DNA of 64,000 nt, taken from the NCBI GenBank assembly GCA_963713015.1, contig CAVQKC010000008.1:819666-883665 (forward strand), given 5' to 3'. The DNA comes from an uncultured Solirubrobacterales bacterium. GTDB taxonomy: Bacteria > Actinomycetota > Thermoleophilia > Solirubrobacterales > Solirubrobacteraceae. How positions within the stretch are numbered: position 1 is the first letter of the stretch; each line of letters opens with the position of its first letter. Below, one piece after another: positions 30,753-38,358 of the stretch. The notes beneath the pieces were generated by a model. The model saw only the letters and a list, made by a program, of their open reading frames with translations. It ran no database searches and was not told where the DNA came from. A program made the position numbers and the translations under genes.

Positions 30753-31982
30753 ATGGTGGCCAACGGACCGCTCGAGCTCGAACAGGCGCGGAGTCTCATC
30801 CTGGCCGCCACCGGACGCCTGCCAGCCGAGCAGGTGGAGCTTCGCGCCGCGCTCGACCGGGTGCTCGCCGAGGACGTAAGCTCCGATGCGCCCGTACCGG
30901 CGTTCGACAGCTCCGCGATGGACGGCTTCGCGGTACGCGCGCACGACGTTGTACACGTCGCTGCTGGGAGACCCTCGATTCTGCGCGTGGTGGGAGAGTC
31001 CCGCGCCGGCGCACCCAGCCGTGCCACGATCGGCGACGGCGATGCCATCGCGATCTCGACGGGAGCGATCGTGCCCGACGGCGCCGATACCGTCGTCAGG
31101 GTCGAGGACACTCGCCGGCATGGCGATCGCGTCGAAGTTCTCGCCGCATACGCGCAAGATCGGAATCTCAGACGCGCTGGGGAGGACATGCAGGCAGGCC
31201 AGGTGGTTCTCCGGGCGGGCCGGCGGATCGGGCCGGCGCAGCTCGGTGTCCTCGCTTCCCTGGGATACCACCGGGTTGCGTGCGCGCGCGAACCACGGCT
31301 CTCGGTGCTGGCTAGCGGGGATGAGCTGGTCGCGCCGGACGCGCCGATGCGGCCGGGAACGGTGCGCAACTCCAACTCGTGGACGATCGCCGCGCTCTCT
31401 CGGCGCGCCGGCGCACAGGTGATCGGCAACGCCACGATGCCCGACGAGCCCGAGGCCACCACACATGCGATCGCGGCGGCGGTGCAAGAGGCGGATGTCA
31501 CGGTCATCTGCGGAGGCGTCTCCGTCGGCGCGCATGACCACGTCAGGCCCAGCTTGGAGTCGCTCGGGGCGCGGGAGATCTTCTGGGGCGTCGCGCTGAA
31601 GCCCGGGCACCCCGCCTGGTTCGGCAGCCTGGACTCCAAGCTGGTATTCGCTCTGCCGGGCAACCCAGTTTCGGCAATGGTGACCTTCGTTCTGCTCGTG
31701 GCGCCCGCCCTGCGTGCTCTGCTCGGCATCTCCGCACAGGATGTTCGCTACACCGCGGTCATGGACGTTGATTATGAGAAGGCTGCAGGTCGCACACACG
31801 CCTTGCGCTGCCGCCTGCGCGCACATGACGATGGCTGGCACGCTACGCCAACGGGAGCGCAGGGGTCGCACATTCTCACCTCGATGCTCGAAGCCGACGC
31901 GCTGGCGATGATCCCCAGCGCCACCATCAGGGTCAGCGCGGGCGAGCGAGTGCAGATCGAACCGCTGCAAATCTGGGTATGA
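30753..31982 (+). CDS. moeA: Molybdopterin molybdotransferase
   Basis: SAMDGFA, GDEL, GGVSVG, LPGNPVS. Confidence 0.95.
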   Translation: MVANGPLELEQARSLILAATGRLPAEQVELRAALDRVLAEDVSSDAPVPAFDSSAMDGFAVRAHDVVHVAAGRPSILRVVGESRAGAPSRATIGDGDAIAISTGAIVPDGADTVVRVEDTRRHGDRVEVLAAYAQDRNLRRAGEDMQAGQVVLRAGRRIGPAQLGVLASLGYHRVACAREPRLSVLASGDELVAPDAPMRPGTVRNSNSWTIAALSRRAGAQVIGNATMPDEPEATTHAIAAAVQEADVTVICGGVSVGAHDHVRPSLESLGAREIFWGVALKPGHPAWFGSLDSKLVFALPGNPVSAMVTFVLLVAPALRALLGISAQDVRYTAVMDVDYEKAAGRTHALRCRLRAHDDGWHATPTGAQGSHILTSMLEADALAMIPSATIRVSAGERVQIEPLQIWV

Positions 31983-32068
31983 GATCTCCCATGAGTGGCG
32001 CCCCTTTCTCTTCCGGCGCTCCGACAGCCCGCCAGGACAACGAATGGCCGGCTGCCGACGCGAGCTAC

Positions 32069-32317
32069 ATGACCGTGCGCGTGCGGCTGTTCGCGATCCT
32101 GCGCGAACACGCCGGTACCGACCACATCGAGTTGCGGCTGAGGCCCCGAGCGACCGTCGCCGACGCGCTGGCGGCGCTGTCTGAGGTGCAACCGGTCGGC
32201 GAGCTGCTTGGCCGCATACCCGTCCACATGGCGGTGAACCGCGACTACGCGGCCCCGAGCGTGATCCTGAGGGCCGACGATGAGCTCGCTCTGATCCCTC
32301 CGCTGAGTGGAGGCTAG
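32069..32317 (+). CDS. moaD: Molybdopterin synthase sulfur carrier
   Basis: VRLFAILRE, AVN, PPLSGG C-terminus. Confidence 0.9.
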   Translation: MTVRVRLFAILREHAGTDHIELRLRPRATVADALAALSEVQPVGELLGRIPVHMAVNRDYAAPSVILRADDELALIPPLSGG

Positions 32318-32319
32318 AG

Positions 32320-32763
32320 GTGGCTCACGCACATGCGCAGGACATGAGCACCCGGCTATATGTCCGGGTGAGCGAGGAACCCCTCGATCTCGAAGCGCTG
32401 TCACGCTCCGTCGGCGATCCGGCAGCGGGCGCCGTCGTGATCTTCCAGGGCGTTACACGGGCAGCAGAGCGGCTGGACTACGAGGCCTACACGGAGATGG
32501 CGTGTGAGCGCATCGTGCGCATCGTGCGCGAGTGCATCGCCGCCCACGATCTGCGCGCCGCCGCGGTCGAGCATCGTGTCGGCAGCGTCCCGCTCGGGGA
32601 GCCGAGCGTGATCGTGGCGGTCTCCGCCGCGCACCGCGCCGAAGCGTTCGCAGGGGCCCGGGATGCGATCGATCGCATCAAGGCCGAGGTGCCGATCTGG
32701 AAGCGCGAGCACACTCTTGGCGCGCCCGCAAGCTGGGCGCCAGGGACGGAGCCCCCTTCGTGA
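32320..32763 (+). CDS. moaE: Molybdopterin synthase catalytic subunit
   Basis: YEAY, HRVG, HRAEAF, PIWKRE. Confidence 0.93.
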   Translation: MAHAHAQDMSTRLYVRVSEEPLDLEALSRSVGDPAAGAVVIFQGVTRAAERLDYEAYTEMACERIVRIVRECIAAHDLRAAAVEHRVGSVPLGEPSVIVAVSAAHRAEAFAGARDAIDRIKAEVPIWKREHTLGAPASWAPGTEPPS

Positions 32764-33245
32764 GCGAGGGACAACTCACTCATATCGACTCGGACGGTCG
32801 CGCGAGGATGGTCGATGTCGGCGAGAAGCCGCCCGCCGAGCGAGTGGCTCGCGCACGAGCACGAGTTCGAATGTCGATCGGCACCGCGCAGGCCGTGCAG
32901 CGCGGGGACGGCCCGAAGGGCGAGGTCCTCGCGGTGGCGCGACTGGCCGGTGTGCAGGCAGCCAAGCAGACCGGGCAGCTGATCCCGCTCGCCCATCCCC
33001 TGATGCTCACGTTCGTGGACATCAGGGCCAGCGTTGATGCAGGGCAAGGGCTCGTCGAGCTGCTCAGCGAGGTGCGGACCGTCGGGCGCACAGGCGTTGA
33101 GATGGAGGCGATGACCGCCGTGACGGTCGCGGCGCTCACCGTCTATGACATGGTCAAGGGCCTGGAGCGTGGCATAGTGCTCGAGGAGGTCGTGCTACTC
33201 GAAAAGCGTGGCGGCCGCAGCGACTACCAGCTCGGCAATGATTGA
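32760..33245 (+). CDS. moaC: Cyclic pyranopterin monophosphate synthase
   Basis: THID..ARMVDV, LIPLAHP, TGVEMEA, YDMVK. Confidence 0.95.
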   Translation: MSEGQLTHIDSDGRARMVDVGEKPPAERVARARARVRMSIGTAQAVQRGDGPKGEVLAVARLAGVQAAKQTGQLIPLAHPLMLTFVDIRASVDAGQGLVELLSEVRTVGRTGVEMEAMTAVTVAALTVYDMVKGLERGIVLEEVVLLEKRGGRSDYQLGND

Positions 33246-33732
33246 CGGGACGCCGCGCGCCGCGCTGATCACGATCAGCACCTCCAAGGCCGCGGGCGCC
33301 GGCGAGGATATAAGCGCAATACAGCTGGGCCGACTCGCCCAGCGTCTCGGCATCGGGATCGCCGGAGAAGAGGTGATCGCAGACGATCGTGAGCTGATCG
33401 AACAGCGGCTGCGCCACTGGATCGACGCGAGCGACTGCTGCCTGGTGCTGACCAGTGGCGGCACCGGCCTGTCCCCAGATGACGTAACGCCCGAGGCGAC
33501 CAGGACCGTGATCGAGCGGGAGGTTCCCGGCATCGCCGAAGCGATGCGTCACGCCTCCCGTGCACATACGCCTCACTGGATGCTCTCGCGAGCCATCGCC
33601 GGCGTTTGCGGGACGACACTGATCGTCAACTTCCCCGGCAACCCCAGAAGCATCCAGCAGGCCGGCGAGGCGATTCTCGAGGTGCTTCCACACGCACTCG
33701 CGCTGATCGCCGGGCGCACGCACGCCCATTGA
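33238..33732 (+). CDS. MogA/MoaB molybdopterin adenylyltransferase
   Basis: TSGGTG, DVTPEAT, LSRAIAG, NFPG. Confidence 0.92.
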   Translation: MIDGTPRAALITISTSKAAGAGEDISAIQLGRLAQRLGIGIAGEEVIADDRELIEQRLRHWIDASDCCLVLTSGGTGLSPDDVTPEATRTVIEREVPGIAEAMRHASRAHTPHWMLSRAIAGVCGTTLIVNFPGNPRSIQQAGEAILEVLPHALALIAGRTHAH

Positions 33733-33773
33733 CTCCGCGCAAGCGAAGCGCTCCCGAACCGGCTGTGGCCTTG

Positions 33774-33787
33774 TAGCAAATGTGCTA
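33774..33787. promoter_or_regulatory. TAGCA-N4-TGCTA operator of the TA module
   Basis: Palindrome directly before the antitoxin start. Confidence 0.55.
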
Positions 33788-33797
33788 TTCTATGGCA

Positions 33798-34064
33798 ATG
33801 TCTACGGTAATCCCTCAGCATGAGCTCCGTAATCAGTCAGGTGCCGTGCTGCGCCGCGCCGAAGCAGGCGAGCGGTTCATCGTGACAGTCAATGGTCGTC
33901 CCACAGCCGAGCTCGGCCCGGTGCCCAGCTCCGTGACAGCTGCCTCGCCGGACAACTTCGCTCAGCTCGTCAGAGAGACACCGGTCGATCCTGGCTTTGC
34001 TTCTGACATACGCGCTATGCGCGAGGAGGACGAGTCCGTCACGGTCGATCCGTGGGCCACTTGA
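33798..34064 (+). CDS. Phd/YefM-type antitoxin
   Basis: ELRN..VLRRAEAGE..VTVNGRP.AEL.P. Confidence 0.88.
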   Translation: MSTVIPQHELRNQSGAVLRRAEAGERFIVTVNGRPTAELGPVPSSVTAASPDNFAQLVRETPVDPGFASDIRAMREEDESVTVDPWAT

Positions 34065-34441
34065 CAATCCTCCTCGACACGAGCACTGCCGTTGCCGATG
34101 TCCCACACCAGCTCGAGGAGCCCTGGGTCCTCAGCATCGTCACTATTGGTGAGCTCGAGGCAGGAGTCCTACTGTCTCCCAGTGATCAGATACGCGCCGC
34201 GCGGCTTGGCCGGCTGACAGCTCTTCTCGCACTGTCGCCAGGGGTGCCGATCGACCGTAATGTCGCTCATCAATACGGTCGCCTCCGCGTCGAGACGGGG
34301 CGTAAGCCCCACAACGACTTGTGGATCGCGGCAACCGCGCTCGCCCACGACTTCACGCTCGTGACGGCAGACGAGCGGCAAGCCACACTGCCGCTCGTGA
34401 GAGCGCAACTGGTTAACAGTATGGAGGCTCCTGGGGATTAG
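34052..34441 (+). CDS. vapC: PIN-domain (VapC) toxin
   Basis: LLDTS, GEL, NDLWIAATA, VTAD. Confidence 0.88.
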   Translation: MGHLTILLDTSTAVADVPHQLEEPWVLSIVTIGELEAGVLLSPSDQIRAARLGRLTALLALSPGVPIDRNVAHQYGRLRVETGRKPHNDLWIAATALAHDFTLVTADERQATLPLVRAQLVNSMEAPGD

Positions 34442-35481
34442 GCGGGGAGAGGAGAAACTCGTAGTGAGCTTCTGTCTCTGTCCCACGAAGCGAGCAGGTA
34501 TTCGGCCCAACGCGCTTCGAGTGCCAGCAGCGCGCGTGCGCCGAAAAGGATCGAGTCCGCTATTTCCGGTTCCAGGTTCGCGAGGGCGTCGGCCAAGTCC
34601 CAGGCGGCGATGCTCTCGTGTACGGCGTCGGCGGTCACGTGCTCGTCGTAGAAGGCGGTGACATCCTGGCCGTAGCCAAGACGACGGAGCGCGTTGGCAT
34701 ACCGGCGGTTGGGGATGGAGGATGTCATCTCGAACACCGCGAGGTGGCCGACGAGCGCGCCCCGCAAACGACGATGCAATCCGAACAGGCTCATCAGGTT
34801 CACTGTCGCAAGCGTGATTCCCGGTAGCTGATCCAAGTAGGCGCCATAGGTCGGGTCGAGATCGAGCGCCTTCATCGTCGCCGCGAACATCTCAGCGTGA
34901 ACGCGCGAAGCGTGTCCCTCTCCGTACTCGTCGAACTGGATCTCCACGAGTGCCGCCTTGGGTGCTCCGGCCAGGCGCGGGATCGCGAACGAATGTGGGT
35001 CGGCCTCCTTGAGCTGGTAGAGCGACCGGTGTATGACGTGCTCGATCATCTGCTGATGGGTTCCGCTCACCTCGAGGAACCGTGAGAGCGGGGGCCCTGA
35101 GTCCTCGGCGACGACGCGTTGCAACGCTTCGCCTGTCCTAGTGACATTTTCTGCTGTTGGGGCGACCAGTTCGTGCAGAGCCGTCTCAAAGCTCTGCTCG
35201 AGGCGGGCTCGCCAAGCCGCCAGTGAGGGATGCCACTCCCATCGTTCGTCAACCCCTTCGATTGACGAATAGTGAAGCTCATTGAGCAAATAGAGGCTGA
35301 GCTGCAGGTCATCGTCGTCGAGAGCTTCCAGGCCGTCCAGGCAGACATCGGGAAAGCCTCCGTCCTTCGTCTCGGGTGGGGAAAACAACAGCTCGATCAA
35401 CGTTTCGCTCATTGGTCCCCGTGCCGAGGGCAGCGCTATCAGCCGTGCGCCGAGCAGCGGCTGATGTTCTTCGGGACTCAC
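34438..35481 (-). CDS. Iron-containing redox enzyme (heme-oxygenase-like diiron, HDO)
   Basis: KEADPH, DEYG..H, E, EHxxADxxHE. Confidence 0.88.
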   Translation of the reverse strand: MSPEEHQPLLGARLIALPSARGPMSETLIELLFSPPETKDGGFPDVCLDGLEALDDDDLQLSLYLLNELHYSSIEGVDERWEWHPSLAAWRARLEQSFETALHELVAPTAENVTRTGEALQRVVAEDSGPPLSRFLEVSGTHQQMIEHVIHRSLYQLKEADPHSFAIPRLAGAPKAALVEIQFDEYGEGHASRVHAEMFAATMKALDLDPTYGAYLDQLPGITLATVNLMSLFGLHRRLRGALVGHLAVFEMTSSIPNRRYANALRRLGYGQDVTAFYDEHVTADAVHESIAAWDLADALANLEPEIADSILFGARALLALEARWAEYLLASWDRDRSSLRVSPLPA

Positions 35482-35484
35482 TGA

Positions 35485-36168
35485 TCATCCTCCTCGGCGC
35501 TGACCCATTTCAAGCTCCCATTTCGCGTCACACAACAACCCGTATACGGTCTCGAGAGTAGGATCTTCCCCATAACCGGCGATCACGTTGGAAGCCTTTG
35601 TCACAAGCATCTCGGCCCCGGCGAGTCCATCCCGTAGGAGCTCCGGGGACGCGGCCGGGGGCGGCTGAAGTCGACGCGTCTCTACAAGCGCAGACGCCGA
35701 GCGTACCAGTGACTCGGCAACCCGCACCGCCAGGTACTCGTTTGCTCGGATCGGTCCATCGAGCGCGGTCACCAAGACCTCGTGCGCTAGAGAGATCCAG
35801 GCCACTGCTTGTGAGAGTTGGCCGCCTATATCCTCGTGTATCGAGCCACCGTCGCTGCCTGGGACGTAGGTCCTCGCGACTGGTCTTGGTCGCTCTGGCG
35901 CCGGTGGTCGTGAGGGTAACGAGTCGCCCTCAGCTACACCGGAGGCGCGAAAGTTCGCACTTCGATGGGTACCGTCACAGAAAGGCCGGATCCGCGACTT
36001 ACCGCATCTGCACAACGCCACGGTTCGCCGTCCCGCGTCTATCCGACCCCCATCTTGCCCGACGATCTCAAACTCGCCGCGTACCAGGTAGGGCCCGTCC
36101 TTGTAAAAAGCGATCGACGCCGTCGGCGGCCCGGCGAGACTCGCTGAATCGGATGCTGTCTTGCCCAC
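35485..36168 (-). CDS. CDGSH Fe-S domain protein with C-terminal extension
   Basis: DGPYLV, LCRCGKS..PFCDGTH. Confidence 0.85.
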   Translation of the reverse strand: MGKTASDSASLAGPPTASIAFYKDGPYLVRGEFEIVGQDGGRIDAGRRTVALCRCGKSRIRPFCDGTHRSANFRASGVAEGDSLPSRPPAPERPRPVARTYVPGSDGGSIHEDIGGQLSQAVAWISLAHEVLVTALDGPIRANEYLAVRVAESLVRSASALVETRRLQPPPAASPELLRDGLAGAEMLVTKASNVIAGYGEDPTLETVYGLLCDAKWELEMGQRRGG

Positions 36169-36178
36169 GCGGAGTTGT

Positions 36179-36202
36179 TACCCCCGACGCGTCCAAGGAA
36201 AC
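36179..36202 (-). promoter_or_regulatory. SigB/SigF-like promoter GTTT-N15-GGGTA
   Basis: Motif 10 bp upstream of the CDGSH GTG. Confidence 0.65.
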
Positions 36203-36277
36203 AGCGGACCTTCGGTGATAAGGATTGCGTCTGGCGCCGCGGCATGGCGCTCGGAGCATTCCCTTCCCCAGCCATAG

Positions 36278-37459
36278 TCATTCGGGTGCGAGGAAGAGAT
36301 GTGTGAGCGCACGGGCAACCGCGTGGTGGTCATCGAACGACCGAAGCAGTTCGCGTTGGCGGTCGGCGCCGTTGTGCTCGAGCATGCGCATCGCTCGCGT
36401 CAGATGCGGCTCGCCGCCAATCGCGGATGCCGTGGTCTGAAGCTGTTCGATCAGTTCGACGAGCAGCTCTCGAGTAGCTCGCGGCCTGCCGCTCACTAGG
36501 TCGTGCATCTCGCCGTGGGCGCCGTCCCGGACGGCTGACCATCGATTCTCCGCGATTCGCCATCCGGGCGCGGAAGGCTCGAGCTCTCCGGCGTCGTGGA
36601 GTTCGGCCAGGCGCAGAACAAGGCTCGCCGCCACCGCCGCGACAGCCGCCGTCTCAGCGGAGGCGGACTGGGCGTCAGCCACGCGGACCTCGAGCGTCGC
36701 GAGCTCAGGATGAATGCGCAGCTCCCACCACCACCCCTGGACGCCCAGCAGCCGCCCGGTTTGAGCGCCCCAGTTCAGTTCAGCGCACAACTGCTCCCAG
36801 CTCTCCAGGCGCGGCGGAATGCCCTGGCGAGGCAACAGCCCCGCAACCAGAGGTCTGATCGACATCAGGCCCGTGTCGCCACCATCGTAGATCGGTGCGT
36901 TGGTGGCCAGAGCCGCCAGCAGCGGCAGATACGAGCGCATTGCGTTGTAGACGGCAAGGGTCCGGTCGGCTCCGCTCAACGAAACATGGACGTGCAGCCC
37001 ACACACCATCTGACGGCGCGCGACAAACGGGTACTCGCTGGCGACCTCTCGATAACGGCCGTGCAGGTTCAGCTCACCTTCACCGTGGGCAGACGGATGC
37101 ACGCCGGCGCCCAACATGCGCGCGTCCTCCTCGCCGGCGAGGGCGAGCCGGCGCCGGGCCTGCATCAGGTCCTCGAGCAGCTCGTCGATCGTGTGTCGCG
37201 GCGGTGTGACAATCTCGATCTGGCACGCCGGAAGCTCGAGCTTGAAACGAGAGTCGCCGGCGAGTCGCTCCAGTAGCGTCGGGGCGGACGGCAACAGATC
37301 GAGCGTATGTGGATGTACCACCATCAACTCCTCCTCAAGCCCTACCAGCGGCGGCCCGCCTGAATCGAGGCGGGCGCGCAACGACTGGGCATCGAACGGC
37401 GAAGGCGCCGCAGCCGTTTCGCTTGCCGCAGCTGTTTCGCGTGTGGGATGGCAGGGCAT
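36278..37459 (-). CDS. YbdK/GCS2 carboxylate-amine ligase
   Basis: GLEEE, QIE, CGLHVHV, WELR, LEVR, ENRW. Confidence 0.9.
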   Translation of the reverse strand: MPCHPTRETAAASETAAAPSPFDAQSLRARLDSGGPPLVGLEEELMVVHPHTLDLLPSAPTLLERLAGDSRFKLELPACQIEIVTPPRHTIDELLEDLMQARRRLALAGEEDARMLGAGVHPSAHGEGELNLHGRYREVASEYPFVARRQMVCGLHVHVSLSGADRTLAVYNAMRSYLPLLAALATNAPIYDGGDTGLMSIRPLVAGLLPRQGIPPRLESWEQLCAELNWGAQTGRLLGVQGWWWELRIHPELATLEVRVADAQSASAETAAVAAVAASLVLRLAELHDAGELEPSAPGWRIAENRWSAVRDGAHGEMHDLVSGRPRATRELLVELIEQLQTTASAIGGEPHLTRAMRMLEHNGADRQRELLRSFDDHHAVARALTHLFLAPE

Positions 37460-37471
37460 CGTCACCTCAGC

Positions 37472-38203
37472 ATGCAGCTTCGTGTCATTCCGGGCGTTCA
37501 CCATCCACTCAGCGACACCCGACTGCTGGCTTTGGCGATGATGAGCATCGGCGTCAAAGACGCCGCGGTCGCCGACCTCTGCACGGGCAGCGGAGCGATA
37601 GCGATCGCCGCTTGCGCCGGCGGAGCCAAGCACGTCGTCGCCGTCGATGTGTCGCGACGCGCTGTTTTCACAGCGCGGTGGAATGCGCACGCGAACCGGT
37701 GCCACGTATTGGTCCGTCGAGGCGATCTGCTGCAGGGACTGGGAAACCAGCGCTTCGACTTGATAGTGAGCAACCCTCCATACGTACCCTCCGAGAGCAA
37801 CCGGCTGCCACGGCATACTCGCGCCACGGCGCTTGACGCAGGCAGGAACGGGCGGGCGCTGATCGACAGGATCTGCCGGGAAGCCACCCGACATCTCCTG
37901 CCGGGGGGCTCGGTGCTGATCGTGCATTCCTCCGTCTGTGATGAGCAAGCCACTCTGGACCTGCTCGGCTCGCAGGGACTGCACACAACGGTGATGGCGC
38001 GCAGACGAGGGACGCTGGGCCCGGTGCTGCGATCGCGCGCGTCGATGCTACGCGAACGTGGCCTGCTTGGCGCCATCGATGTAGAGGATCTCATCGTCAT
38101 TCGCGGACAGGCTGACGCCAAGCGGCCAGCGCCTGGGGCGCGGACTGCTTCAGCTTGGTCACTGTCCAGCGCAGCGACAGCGACTGCGGATGGCACGGGG
38201 TGA
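37472..38203 (+). CDS. HemK2/MTQ2-like SAM methyltransferase
   Basis: SDT, DLCTGSG, NPPYVP, GRALID. Confidence 0.88.
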   Translation: MQLRVIPGVHHPLSDTRLLALAMMSIGVKDAAVADLCTGSGAIAIAACAGGAKHVVAVDVSRRAVFTARWNAHANRCHVLVRRGDLLQGLGNQRFDLIVSNPPYVPSESNRLPRHTRATALDAGRNGRALIDRICREATRHLLPGGSVLIVHSSVCDEQATLDLLGSQGLHTTVMARRRGTLGPVLRSRASMLRERGLLGAIDVEDLIVIRGQADAKRPAPGARTASAWSLSSAATATADGTG

Positions 38204-38225
38204 CGCAGTCGAGCTGTTGTCCTTT
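38122..38225 (-). pseudogene. About 100-bp remnant homologous to the 3' end of gene 6445-6933
   Basis: Translates as QQLDCVTPCHPQSLSLRWTVTKLKQSAPQ vs QQLLDCVTLCHPQTLRTLRWTVTKLKESAPQ. Confidence 0.8.
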
Positions 38226-38358
38226 ACCGACTCAAGGACCGGGCATCGCCTCTACCCACTGGCCCGCCGTCGAAGATTCTGCGGATCGACCCCACGAACG
38301 ATGCCGCCGCGGAGTTCATGCCAGCTAGCTGGTGCGCGTATTGGGGTATGTGAGGCTT

